A stretch of 63,105 nucleotides of DNA, filler included, from Nemertoderma westbladi (GCA_032718475.1; 4 parts of 4 records of this genome joined end to end with filler, not necessarily neighbours in it), one strand, 5' to 3'. Counted from the whole stretch's first letter, positions 49,700 through 62,445 are shown. Notes: generated from the sequence alone by a model not told the origin. Translations and numbers: made by a program.

Positions 49700-50385
49700 T
49701 GTGGGGTGTTGGTGGACAGGAGCGGAACCCACGGCCTCAGCTGTCTCCATAATAATGGAAAATACACCCGTCATGCTGAGGCCAATGACATAATACACCG
49801 AGTCCTCTCATCAGCAGGTGTTTCCTCCACACTAGAGCCCCGCGGCCTAGCCATAGATGGCAAGAAACCAGACGGAGTGACATTGGGCCCCTGGTCTTCA
49901 GGCCGCCCACTAGTGTGGGACTACACCTGTCGTGATACGTTGGCCCAAACATATCTACCAGGCACATCCCAGGAAGCTGGAACAGCAGCAACCATGGCCG
50001 AATCAACCAAAGACACTAAGTATGCAGCCCTGCAACACGACTATACAGTATATTCCGTACCATTGCGACAGAAACCCTGGGACCGGTAGGAGTCGAAAGC
50101 ACTGAAACACTTCGCGAAATAGGGCGCAGGATCAGCAATCGGACAGGGGAACCCCATTCCACTGCATACCTGTTTCAACTCCTTTCAATAGCCACCATCC
50201 GAGGGAATGCAGTAGCAGTTCTTGGCACCCTCTCCAGTCAGGCTAGCTTGGACGAGGTCTTCCTTATCTGAAACCTCCTTCACTCCGTCACTCTTTGGTA
50301 GTTATTTTTTTGACCCCTTTTTTTGCTCTTCCAGACTGTGATTCACACAGTAAGCGAATAGAACATTGAATAAAATCAAATAATA
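49700..50385 (+). mobile_element. 3' end of a second CRE-like LINE (zinc knuckle plus restriction-like endonuclease)
   Basis: GTHGLSC...RHAEANDII...EPRGL..DGKKPDGVTL.PW..GRPLVWDYTC.DTLA; after a frameshift, RGNAVAVLGTL; A-rich tail. Confidence 0.85.
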
Positions 50386-51767
50386 ACTATTTACATACTT
50401 GTGTGTAAAGTAGCACTTTACAGTGTGATGATCCGAGAACCTTTGTTACACGAACGAACGTTAGTGAGGGAGTGAAAATAAAGTCACGAGGATCAGAACA
50501 CTGTAAAGTACTTTGCACCAAGTATGTATGTAGTTTTATTCCAAAATTGTAACATTACGAAATGATTTTACATATACATTATGACTTACAGTATAAGTGA
50601 TAGAAACTGCACCAATTATATTAGTTGCTGTATAAATAAATGTAAAAGTGACATAAATTATGTTATAAATAAGTTAGCTTATATTTATGGATGGCGTTTG
50701 GAGCCATGTTATAATATAATAATATAGCTAGGCCCTACTGGTTATTAATAGCTATACCCCGCCCCGCCTACCGGTAAGTATTGCAGTCGGCCTGCAGTAT
50801 CTGGCTGTCAGGCAAATTTCCACCTATTATTTACTGTATGTACGTGGTAACCATTGACGCCGTAACATTACAGCTCGCCGTCATTGGTTACTACTGTAAA
50901 TAAACATGGGACATTACAACACTGCAACACCCACTACAATACTAATTATACAGGCCAATACAATGCTGTAATGTCCTCTAAGGTTGTAAAGTGCTGACTA
51001 ACAACAACATGCTGTTAATACTAACGGCGTTGAGTAATGTTACAATCTTGTAGGAAAGGAGCAGGTTACAGAGGCGGGTTTTCCTAACCAAAACAATAAA
51101 CGGTCACTTTTTCTAAACAAAAAAATATTGGCAGTTGATATGGTAGAGTAGACATAGGCTGTAGGTATGGTATAACATATATCACAATAGTCATGGTCAA
51201 TCATAATTACAACAGAAATCAAGACAGCTGGTTAATGCTGCACTGCACAGTACAGTACCGTAAACTACTCTGCTTCCGCATCATTTACTATGACTCAGCA
51301 TCAGCACCACACAACACCAACCAAATTCCGCACGCCTATAATGAGGCGTTACCTATCAGCCTATAGGCCTACTATAATGTAATACCGATACCGGTACAAC
51401 TAAAAACAGAAGAACAGTAGTACAGTACATTAAAAAAAGTGGTCATTAAAATAATAAAAAGGGGTCAAATGATTAAAAAAAGGGGTCCTAAAAAATATTT
51501 TTCTTATTATTTTACATGCTGGAACTGAATAACTAACAAACAGTTTGTGAGGAACTGGATATTGGCTACTAGTCATGTCTGCATCTGTCACTCTCTGTAG
51601 GATGCTAACCGTTTATTCTAGGTTATGGAATAATTATGTGGAATAACTTTTTCTTCATTCAAACATCCTTAACTAACAGGGTTTACTTTATTCACGTGAG
51701 CAAATTATTACATGAATAATTACGATAAAAAAGCTGAATGAAAACTCTATGAAATAAATCAACTAAC

Positions 51768-51948
51768 CTGTTCTAGAAGACCAGCCGGATTCAGTTCCAT
51801 TGTTTCCATCGTCACATAAGGGAACATCCAACCCACACTTGATGAGGTACAACTTCCCTTCTTTGTCGCCGCAGACTCCTGTTGGATTTACGGGCGAAAG
51901 GAACAGAGCTGACAGCAGAGAAAATAGTTTAAGACTTTCCGGTAACAT
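51768..51948 (-). CDS. Putative first exon (signal peptide) of a secreted protein, possibly the FREP
   Basis: AAAATG start, MLPESLKLFSLLSALFLSPVNP hydrophobic leader, three Cys, donor CAG|GTTAGT at 51767 (phase 1). Joining to the phase-0 FREP exon needs a middle exon I did not find. Confidence 0.5.
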
Positions 51949-52199
51949 TTTTACAGTATTTTGTAAATAACTTTGTAACTAAAGTTAAGATAATTTTCTG
52001 ATAGAGAATGGTTTTAATGCCCTAAAAATCCTCCTATTTATACACTTTTGACAAAGGCAATTACTTATGCAATGAATAAAGTCTCATAAAGGCAATCAAA
52101 GGCGGCAATTATTAAAACCTTTATAGAACAATTATTAGTAACTACCTTAGTGTAGATACCATTGTCTGTTAATTTATCTCTTTAAATTACATTCTTATG

Positions 52200-52410
52200 A
52201 TTAACAGTTAGAGACAGACTGCCTGGCGCCTGGCCTATGCAGTTACAGACAGACTGCCGGCGCCTGGCTACCAGTTAACAGACAGACTGCTGGCGCCTGG
52301 CTACCAGTTACAGACAGATTGCCGGCGCCTGGCACCTGTTACAGACAGACTGGTGGCACCTGGATAGTGATACCAGTTACAGACTGACCGCTGGGGCCTG
52401 GCACCAGTAA
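52200..52410. repeat. ~30-bp degenerate tandem repeat (CAGTTACAGACAGACTGCCGGCGCCTGGC)
   Basis: 6-7 diverged units. Confidence 0.8.
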
Positions 52411-52614
52411 CATAGTAGTAGTAGTAGTATCGGCATGCTGCATTGCAGGCTGCATTTTTAAGAATGAATATAGAATTTATAAAGTTTCGAAATACAATAA
52501 AAGAAATATAGAAAGAAAAAATATCGCGAGTAAAAATATAGCAACCATATACTGTACTCTCTTATTCATATCATTTTTACATTTTTACATTTTGTAAAAA
52601 GAACTTGAACATTA

Positions 52615-52976
52615 CAATGTACACATCTCCATCCAGACACTATATAACATTGGAGGTGTCTTATTGGTTCCCCCAAGATTGACACTAGTACAAAGCCGCC
52701 TCCGCTTTGCAGGGCATTGCTTTCGCCGTGAGGACCGGCAAGTGCATAATCATGTGCTTTGGCAGCCCCATGGAGTGAATAAGCATGGTGGACAGCCCAT
52801 GACTTTCTTGAGACGCATCTTAAAGGACACTGGCCTTGAAGATGCGGATGATCTAGCAAATTTCATGGGTGATAGGGGGTTGTGGCGGTGCAATTTTGTC
52901 GATAAGCCGGCACAGCATTCTTAAAAATGCAGCTGCAATGCAGCATGCCGATCCTAGTAGTAGTAGTAGAGATAGT
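52615..52976 (+). mobile_element. 5'-truncated RTE LINE copy
   Basis: Same C-terminal ORF and (TAG)n tail; 12-bp TSD ACTTGAACATTA at 52603-52614 and 52977-52988; further tail remnants on the minus strand at ~49208-49390 and ~52412-52468. Confidence 0.9.
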
Positions 52977-53583
52977 ACTTGAACATTATAAGCTATGTTT
53001 CATAATGTTTACTATATTATAATAAAAGTACAAGTATTTGATGTTCTATATTATATAATCATAGAATGTTCTAATGTTAGTGGGTGTAGACACCTTCGAA
53101 ATAATAAATTGTTGGATATTGTCAATGGTACTTGAGATAGAGGACTTCTCGAGAATGCGATTGAGTGATTGGTTCTTGAGATATAGTCAACTTGGCGGCT
53201 ATTCAATAATTGCCTTTGTATTTCGATAATATCTCTGGCAATTGTTTGTGAAATTTAAACCGGTTTTCAGAATTACATCCCAAAGCAAAAAATAAAGCCA
53301 GAAAAGATTGTTAAATATTGCCAAATTTTAGTGCGAAATGTATTCCATTCAAAAATATAAAATATTGTCTCATTATATTCAACGTAATCTAATGTAAAAA
53401 ATTCAAGTTTTTCGCAATTTTAAAGAAAACATTCAAAAATCGACAATTTCCGTAACGCTGACACCGTGGAATTGCCCAGAAATATAAAATTCGCCTCTAA
53501 AATTGGTGAACTAAAGTGGAAATAAATAAGCTTTCGCTCACTAACTTATTAATAATTTATATCACTAAATTAATGAAAGAAAA

Positions 53584-53683
53584 NNNNNNNNNNNNNNNNN
53601 NNNNNNNNNNNNNNNNNNNNNNNNNNNTTAATTAATTAANNNNNNNNNNNNNNNNNNNNNNNNNNNNNNNNNNNNNNNNNNNN
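53584..53683. other. Assembly gap with artificial linker
   Basis: 44 N + TTAATTAATTAA + 44 N. Confidence 0.97.
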
Positions 53684-53867
53684 ATAGAATAGATACAAGG
53701 CTCTGTTCCTCGCCAGTAGTCGTTTGTGTACTATATCTGTTTGTTTAGATATCCTGGACTGGGATTTGTTGTCAGATACTGTACAAGCCCGTATACATTA
53801 CTAGAGTCTCATAGTAAGATACATCGTTACTAGGATCTGGTAAGCGGTATACTACTGGACCCTTACA
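53684..53867 (+). mobile_element. 3' end of the LTR-like repeat, copy E
   Basis: Near-identical to the last ~184 bp of copies A and D, ending CCCTTACA. Confidence 0.85.
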
Positions 53868-54384
53868 CGTTTAATAATTGTTGTAAAGTGTTTAATTGTA
53901 ACACGTTTAATAATTGTAAAGTGTTTAATTGTAACTGGATGGTTACCTTTATAGGTTTACGGCGGGCGGGAGGGGGGGGGGGGGGGGTGGCTCCATCGCA
54001 CACCAAGAATTTACTGTCTGGATTAATTTCTCGATCAAACTCCATATATAATAGAGATTTTCTGATCTTTTACCATGTACAGTAATAGTAGTCAGGCAGG
54101 ATTAAAACCATGAAATAATTATGAAATTATTGAGTAAGAGGTAATAGTTTAATAGTATACACGTTTAATAGTATACAAGTATACACGTTATATATTTAAT
54201 ATACACGTTATATATTTAATATACAGTAATTTTATTTTACAGTAATAATGTGACGTCACGATATTGCGGACACCCCCCCCCCCCTCCCCCTCGTCACAAA
54301 TCGTCACGGAATGCAAAACCCCCCATCCCCCCCTGTCCAGGGGGGGATGGGATGGGATTAGTCCTTTTAAAAGGCTTTTAAAAA

Positions 54385-54872
54385 ATTAATTTTATTGCAA
54401 TAATATTAATTTTATCGCAATAAAATTCAATTTTTTGGCAATAATATTAATTTTTTGGCAATAATATTAATTTTATTGCAATAAAATTCAATTTTTTGGC
54501 AATAATATTAATTTTATTGCAATAAAATTCAATTTTTTGGCAATAATATTAATTTTATTGCAATAAAATTCAATTTTTTGGCAATAATATTAATTTTATT
54601 GCAATAATATTAATTTTATTGCAATAATATTAATTTTTTGGCAATAAAAATAATTTTATTGCAATAAAAATAATTTTATCGCAATAAAATTCAATTTTTT
54701 GGCAATAATATTAATTTTATTGCAATAATATTAATTTTTTGGCAATAATATTAATTTTATTGCAATAATATTAATTTTTTGGCAATAATATTAATTTTTT
54801 GGCAATAAAATTAATTTTTTGGCAATAATATTAATTTCATAGCAATAAAATGAATTTTTTCGCAATAATATT
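54385..54872. repeat. 20-22-bp AT-rich quasi-palindromic minisatellite (AATTTTATTGCAATAAAATT variants)
   Basis: More than 20 tandem units. Confidence 0.9.
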
Positions 54873-55839
54873 ACCAACTTTTTAGATCAAAAAAATATTA
54901 TTGAATTAAAATACTAAAAGTATGCCATACTAGAATGTTAGTAGATTTTATTCTTTCTAAAGTCTTGACAGACAAACTGACAGAAAGACTGTCAGACTTC
55001 AGAAATTCATGAATTAGGGTAGGGCACTTGGGGGTTTGAATAATTTCCAGTTAGGTACGAAAGGGTTAATACACAATGGACACCTAGACTCCATTCTAGA
55101 TTCGGTTTTTTTTATTTTCTTTGCCCTGAAGGGACAATAGGCTTAGTGTTGAGGCATCTTGTATATGATGCATTATCCTTCCATGTGTATATATCTAAAA
55201 CTTTAAAGGTAATTGACCTTTAAAGGTATTTCTTATGAATTGGGTAACCTCCACGCCAAAAATATATTATATTTAAAACGCAAATTTTCTGTTAATGCCT
55301 GCCAGTCATCAATTATTTTATTATTAAATTAATTATTTTATCATTTATTTTATTTCAATTTATTGACCTTTAAAGGTATTTCTTACAAATTGGGTTGCCT
55401 CCATACCTAAAATATATTATATTTAAAACACCAATTTTTCTGTTAATGACTGCCTGTGATCAATCCTCTGTGGACCTTTGGGTTGTGGTGTAGATGTTAG
55501 TAGATGTTAGCGGATCCAATTCGCTGCACTACCCAGCGGAAAATGGGGAAAGTGGCGTTTTACCAATTATCCTTGGGTATGCGATATTAGCAATAATACC
55601 GCAAACCAACGCACCAATGTATATTATCATTGCCACTCAGAGAGAGAGTTAATAAGGCACAAGCCATCTTAGGGGATGATCACGTGTACCGTGAACAGGA
55701 GAGAAAAGGGATTGGCACTAGGAAATAGGAAAGTAGCCAATCATGGGGCAGAAAGCCACTTGATTGGTATGCATCCGCTGGCTAGGCCAATGTAGGTAGA
55801 AGTTTATTGTTGACAGTATTGACAATTCAGAGTGGCTAA

Positions 55840-57323
55840 AAATAAAAATAAACGAAAGTGTTATCCCTCCACCAATAACCCCTGATCAACCTGAAACAGC
55901 AAAATTCTGCCAACTAGATGGCAAAGCAGCATTTACTGGTCGACGCAAATTAGAGTATGAAGACTCCTCTGATGAGTTGAGTGCGATGCATGCGATGAGT
56001 TTTAGAAATGAAATTGTCATACAGTACATCTGCTTTGATGGCTGCAACATCTTCATCATTGCGTGCCAATGGGAAAACTCGAGCTTCTTCCATAGTGAAT
56101 TCTGTTGTTGGTGATGATGACAGTGAATATACCTCCAAAGCTATCAATAGTGTTTTGGCAATTTTTCTAGATGCTTGACTTACCAAAGCAACATATCAAC
56201 TTTTTCGTGCACATGCTTTAGGTAACAATACAAACTTATATCCCCCTTACCATCATATATATTAATTAAATTATTAATATTAAAATTAGCAAAAAATGAT
56301 TGTTACCCTTTAGGCATAAGTGTCACTGATTATGGTGCATCTGTATCATTACAGAATCTATTAAACCATACAGTAGCACGAATTTGTGAGTCTAGTAAGG
56401 AGGTTTTAAATTCGAGAGAGACAATATCCCGCTTAGTTTTACACTCTAAAGCTGGTTTTGATGGAAGTACTGGACAAAGTAGTTACAAACAGTCAAGTTC
56501 TTCTGATCTATCTGTTAATGATTCAAGCATCATTACTTCCAGCTTGGTTCCCTTAAAACTTGTAGCTTATGGCGAAACATGCTTAGAATCACCAGCTATT
56601 CCAATTTGGCCTGTCAACACTTCATGCATGGATACGGTTTTTCGAATGTCTCCTCCACATATCATACAAGATCCGAATTTAATATATGGGCTCCATGTAA
56701 ACAAGCTCAAAGGGATATAATTATCAGTGAGAAAAAACGTGTCAAAGCCGAATTCTGCGAGAAGTTAGGATTGATTGTTGAACGGCCAAAATCATCAGGA
56801 TCAGGCACAAAAAAATGATGGAAATACAGTTAGACGTGTCTTTCAACATCCCGAAATTGCAGCCGATATTCTGAAAATTGATATCGATCTCATCAAACGT
56901 GTTCATATTATCCTCATTTCCCTGTCATCTGGTTTGGAAGTTGATGCCGAAAAGTTTGGAGTATATGCTCTTGTAACAGCTGAGCTTTTTGTCAAGTTGT
57001 ATCCTTGGTATTACATGCCCCAATCCTTTCACAAAGTTTTAATGCATGGCCATCTCTTCATATCAACTCTTACATTACCAATTGGAATGTATAGTGAAGA
57101 GGCTCTTGAAGCTCGAAATAAAGACTTTAAGGATTTCCGTCAGTATCATTCTAGAAAGTCATCTCGATTTAATACCAACCATGATGTTATGAATCGTTTA
57201 CTCCTTACTTCAGACCCCCTCATATCATCTCTTAGACAAGTATGCATCAAACACAAGTCAAAAGCATTACTGAAAGACGCAATTGATTTGCTGAAACCAT
57301 TTGATCCAAATGCAATATTTTAG
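55840..57323 (+). pseudogene. Transib (RAG1-core-related) transposase, disrupted
   Basis: GRRKLEYEDSS, LYPPYH, DCYP, KAGFDGSTGQSSYKQ, SLVPLKL, STLHAWIRFFECLLHISYK, NDGNTVRRVF, LYPWYYMPQSFHKVLMHG, PIGMYSEEALEARNKD, SDPLIS; stops, frameshifts and a central deletion; possible left end CACAATGG at 55072. Confidence 0.88.
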
Positions 57324-57995
57324 GTATTCTTCAGGATTTACTGGTTTATATGGCCTCCAGGATTATAACAACTAAAAAGCCAAACTAACACTGACATTAT
57401 CTGGTTTACATGGCCTCCAGAAGCATCCCAAAAAGCCAATATCTTTGCCATCTGGCATCACGTTGACGTCGTGGTAGGGCTTAAAGCTGGAGATGCACTT
57501 CAGCTGAACAAAGTATGCAGGAAGACCTTCCAATTTTGAAATTTTGTGCCATTCTAAACGTACGTGCCATGTGCCACAAGCTAAAACATGTCACTTATGT
57601 GCCAGTGGAAAATTCAAAACCATTTACAATCGAATCAGCACCTTGAAAACCTATAAAAACCGAAAATGGCATACTTCTATGAGACTTTAGCGATTTTGAT
57701 ATTTTGTGCCATGATAAACATATGTGCCACATGCTAAAAAGTGGCACCTCTATGCCACTATAGAATTCGAAACCATTTGCAATCGATTCAGCACCTTTCA
57801 AAACCATAAATTTAGCCATGGTGGCATGCTGGCGTACAAAGCAACTGATGCTTCCCAATAAGGAGCAAATGAAACAGATTGAGTTCTGGAGGGACGTTGT
57901 TGATTGATAAAGTTGGTTGTTTGATAAAGTTGTTTGATAGTCTTGTTTCATATTTTAATATATAAAACGGTGGTTTGGACAATTTCTGTTATATA

Positions 57996-58110
57996 TGTAA
58001 TATTATGGTTTTGTTCAGAAATGGAAAAAATTAGAAAGCGCGTCACCGGGGGTTGAACTATAAATATTACATCTTTAATTACAGTTGCATTAACAGCTCA
58101 GCTCCAATTT
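57996..58110. mobile_element. Short rearranged copy of the 5461-5990 foldback family
   Basis: 57996-58058 matches 5498-5560; ~58063-58110 is the reverse complement of the 5461-5506 tail. Confidence 0.7.
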
Positions 58111-58216
58111 ATTTATTCTGTTATATAGACAGACAGACATGGCATTTTTGTGGAATTAATGGCGATCTTGCTACAAGTGGCCAGAATGCCATGGTGCGGT
58201 GGTGGTTTAGCTACAT

Positions 58217-58370
58217 TGTAGTCAGGTTCGAAAGTGCCAATTGTTTTGACATGAAGCTACTGTTAGTCTGACACAGGTACAATAGTATTTTTATGTAGTC
58301 AGGTTCGAAAGTGCCAATTGTTTTGACATGAAGCTACTGTTAGTCTGACACAGGTACAATAGTATTTTTA
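58217..58370. repeat. 77-bp perfect tandem duplication
   Basis: TGTAGTCAGGTTCGAAAGTGCC... starts at both 58217 and 58294. Confidence 0.9.
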
Positions 58371-58489
58371 AAAGTCATACAGGTACATGATAGGCTACAT
58401 TACTGCATTAGGCCTACAGCATTATAAGAAAAGTTCCATTCTGGTATTTAAAAGTTTTTTTTAACGTAACTCTGCCTCTTATAACGTTC

Positions 58490-58890
58490 TGAAGGCTCAT
58501 CTCTATTCAACATCCAGCAAAAATCTGCTAGCATAGATGGACTCCATTTCCCCTGGTATCTCTTCAGCATACTAGAAATGATGAAATCACTCACCATGCT
58601 CATCACTCACATCTGAGCAACTTACAGGAAAGAAATCTAGATGGTTGAATAGGAAATGAAGTTTCAGAGACATGTTGCAGCCCATCCTCTGGTAACATTG
58701 TATCAGTTCAGCAACAAGATCTTGGTAGTTGTTACTGCGATGCGTACCCAGGAAGCTGCTACATACAGCTGTAAAAGCACACCACGCTCTAATCTCAACT
58801 GAATTAAGTTTAGTTTCAAAGTTTTCAGAGTCTTTTATGATTTCTAAAATTTGGGTCCTACAAAGAGACCTTCCTTAATCTTAGCAGCAC
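58490..58890 (-). pseudogene. Chapaev3-like transposase C-terminal remnant
   Basis: Manual translation: AKIKEGLFVGP...AW.AF..VCSSFLG...MGCNMSLKLHFLFNHLDFFP...VSDEHGE*FH...RYQGKWSPSMLADFCWML. Confidence 0.8.
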
Positions 58891-59662
58891 CCGGAAGGAA
58901 GCAAGACAATTAGGTCCCGGACAATTCGGTCCGAACAATCTGGTCACTCATGCAGCCACTCCAATAAATAATATTCGGAACACAATCCTATTCGAGTTCC
59001 AGCACTCTAGTACCGGCCGACATTGGAACACAACAACGCCATGCTGCAACAAATATCAAGTACATATGAGCAGCTGACGCAGAATAGAGCGACCAAAAAT
59101 GCCCTTCTACTTGGGCTATTTCAATCTCAATTTAATACATCCACCATATGGCTGCTATGACTCTTAATGCGAATCCGAATGCAGACCAAGTCCCAAATGA
59201 TAGTTCCATGCAGACGACTCCAGAGTTACGGGACCATTCAATAAACTCCCCAGAAATGCGTTCTAGTGGATCAAGCTTTAATGTTGACGCGTTTCCTGCA
59301 TCTTGCAGATATAAATATAGTATCATATGGGATCAGCTATGAGACTTAAATCTCTAAACCTTGAGCCAGAATTAGATTCTAGGTCTAAATTGGTTGAGGT
59401 TGTTGTGCCTTGTATTCAATGAAGATGAATTAGCTAACAATGCCACTATTGGGAAGTCAAAAAACAAAAAATAAACTCGATAAACAAAAAGTAACTGGGC
59501 CAAGAAAGTATTTCGGCCACGAGAACTTTACAATATTTACTGCTGCATGTTATATTAAAAAGCGCAAAGTTTTGATTGAAGTTGCTAGGACACTGGGATG
59601 GTGTTAATTCTAGAGCCAAGAGAGTACATGAAGCAATGGAGAAACGGATGGTGAAACGGAAG

Positions 59663-59958
59663 GGACCAGCCCAGAACCTGAGAGTAATTTTATTACCTCT
59701 GTGACCAGCCCAGAACCAGAAAGTAATTTTATTACCTCTGTGACCAGCCCAGAACCAGAAAGTAATTTTATTACCTCTGTGACCAGCCCAGAACCAGAAA
59801 GTAATTTTATTACCTCTGTGACCAGCCCAGAACCAGAAAGTAATTTTATTACCTCTGTGACCAGCCCAGAAACAGAAAGTAATTGTATTACCTCTGTGAC
59901 CAGCCCAGAAACAGAAAGTAATTGTATTACCTCTATGACCAGCCCAGAAACGGAAAGT
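59663..59958. repeat. 39-bp minisatellite (GTGACCAGCCCAGAACCAGAAAGTAATTTTATTACCTCT)
   Basis: About 7.5 units; open on both strands. Confidence 0.92.
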
Positions 59959-61642
59959 GGGATCAGTGGTGAAACTATACTCACAATATCATTTGCAATT
60001 GTGTCAAACTGTACTACTGATCACGGCAAGTTTTTAACATTTTTTCTTGTATAAAAAAAATAATAGAAACCATTAATGTTCTCAGTAATTTAATTTACTG
60101 TTTAATGTACTCTGTTAATAGGAAAAGTTACATTTGAAAATCAACATGTCTAGGAAAGGATTATAAGTTGATATTCTTTTGATATTATTTTTTATTATAT
60201 CAATCTTAGTATAATATGCTGCGGCCAATACTGCATATTTATAGCAATCGCCCAGCACTCTACGCTTATGGTACATTGTTTATTTAATAATATTATAATA
60301 ATTAATAATATTCTGATCAGATCCGGAAAGTACCAATTCCTGGAGTGTGATTTGGCATCTTCTCAATGGCGCTGCAGGAGCCGGTGCTGGGTCCTGCAAA
60401 CTTCCCAAAGTAAGTTGATCAACTGGATTACTAAAGCAAGCAATATTAAATCTCGTTAATCTACAGTTTAAAAATAATCATACAATATAATGAACAAGGA
60501 CTCTCAAATATTCTAATAATAAGTAGAAATATTAATGATTTAGTAACAAGCTTGCACACCATTGTAAAACCCACTCAGCTATGAGCATTATCAAATGATA
60601 TACCACAGCGATTCTATTCTGGATGTCGACTTCTAAATTTTTCCGAAAATTCAACAGTTTCTGCAATCAAAGCACCAGTGTGCCCGCTGATTTGCAGAAA
60701 TTTTAAAAATCATTCAACAGGTTTGCACGATAGAGCTTCAACATAACGAATTACAACAGATTGGTTTTACTAGTGTTTATGTTTAATTTTTGTAACTCTA
60801 TCTTAAAATATGGAAGTGGAATTTAATTATTTAACTGAATACAATGCATTAGCAGATCTTGGTATCGATAATACTGATAATAATGAAAATGTGACATCAT
60901 TTGCTGATTTTCTAATTTTCTTGAGATTCTAATTTTAACTCACAAAATTTCATAGAGGACCTTCAATCAGCCAATTCCTGGACAGTGGAGATGTTCGCGT
61001 TATTTCGAATTACAATAACGCGAGGTACATATTTTTTGTATTTATATTTTATGAATGTGCCAATATCGGTGGGGGGCACGGGAACAAAAAATTTGGGCAT
61101 GTTTTATAAACTGGGGGCGATTAACGGGCGAAACTTGGGGGGACTTAAGGGACGCGAAATTTGAAATTGAATACGAAATTGAATAAAGGGTAACAAGGTG
61201 TCTAACAAGGCTTTAATAATTAAAATACAACCGGTGAACTACTCGATGATATCGTAGAGGCCCGCAGAGGAAGTCAATGGCTCCCAGTATGGAGGCAGCG
61301 TTCCCGATTAATATCGCGATTACGATCCGCTGGAGGAGGAAGCGGTGAGTTCTATCTATATACAGTAGGTGAGGCCTATATAGATATATAATACCAATAA
61401 GAATTAAGTTTTATTTACTAATTTAATATAATAAAATAAATATATTTCAAGGGCTAAGGGCCCACATTGTCAATAATCAACTGAATGTAAACAGAATTAA
61501 TGAATTATTACAGCTACCTATTTATGAAATGTTTTTAACAGTACAAAGGTACCTAACTGCCTAACTACTAAATTACTATACGCACAAAATTATTTAATTT
61601 TCAGGAACCCCCCGCTTTCCAACACTGCTATACTTAAATGAT

Positions 61643-62445
61643 CTACGTCTGTGGATAATCATTGTTAACTGCCCGGGGTCCCAATGATTGAATATACATA
61701 CACTCTAATATTAGCCTACCGTGCAAGTCTGACACTCTTCCTATCACTGTTGCCCTATCCCATAACGGAATGTGTCCAGTAGCTACATGATGGCCCGACA
61801 ACTCGGATGCTTTGGGCCTACGGTGTTTAACATCGCCCTGATGCTGGGTCAGACGGACATCAAGACTGTATAAGGTTTGGCCTACATATATGTTGCCACA
61901 GCAACACGGAATCTGATACACTATACCTCTGGGTGGGTATTTCGGTTTATGGCCTCTAAGTAGGGCGTTCAGGCCTTCAGGGCGTTGTGGCTTTGTTGGT
62001 ATGTCTTCACTGGTTACCTTAAGGCTATCAAAGGACTTATTACACTTTTCGTAAGGAATTATGAATGACCCTAGTTGGATAACCATTGGACATAAGTGAG
62101 TCAGTTAACTGCGATTGAGTGCGCCATCTAGCGTCTCGATCCGAACATAATTTGTTAGTCCTATAGAATAACCCACTACACACACTTCTCTTAACTCTCG
62201 GGTGATGATTAGAGCTGAAATTCAAATAGCGATGGGAATGTGTCGGTTTGTGATATATGGTAGTACGGAATGTTCCTTTACTTAAAGTTACTAAGGTGTC
62301 CAAGAAGGCTAAGGACCCATCACTGTGTTGCTTGTCTACAGTAAATTTAACATCCGAATGTAAACTATTAAGTTTGCTAAGTAAAGTTTCTACATCGTTA
62401 GGATTAATTATCGTCCATGTATCATCCACATATCTAAACCACGCT
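61643..62445 (-). mobile_element. Penelope-like element 3' part (RT C-terminus plus GIY-YIG endonuclease), frameshifted
   Basis: WFRYVDDTW, LAFLDTLV, IYHKPTHSHRYLNFSSNH, NGYP; GIVYQIPCCCGNIYVGQT...RLTQH...SELSGH. Confidence 0.92.
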
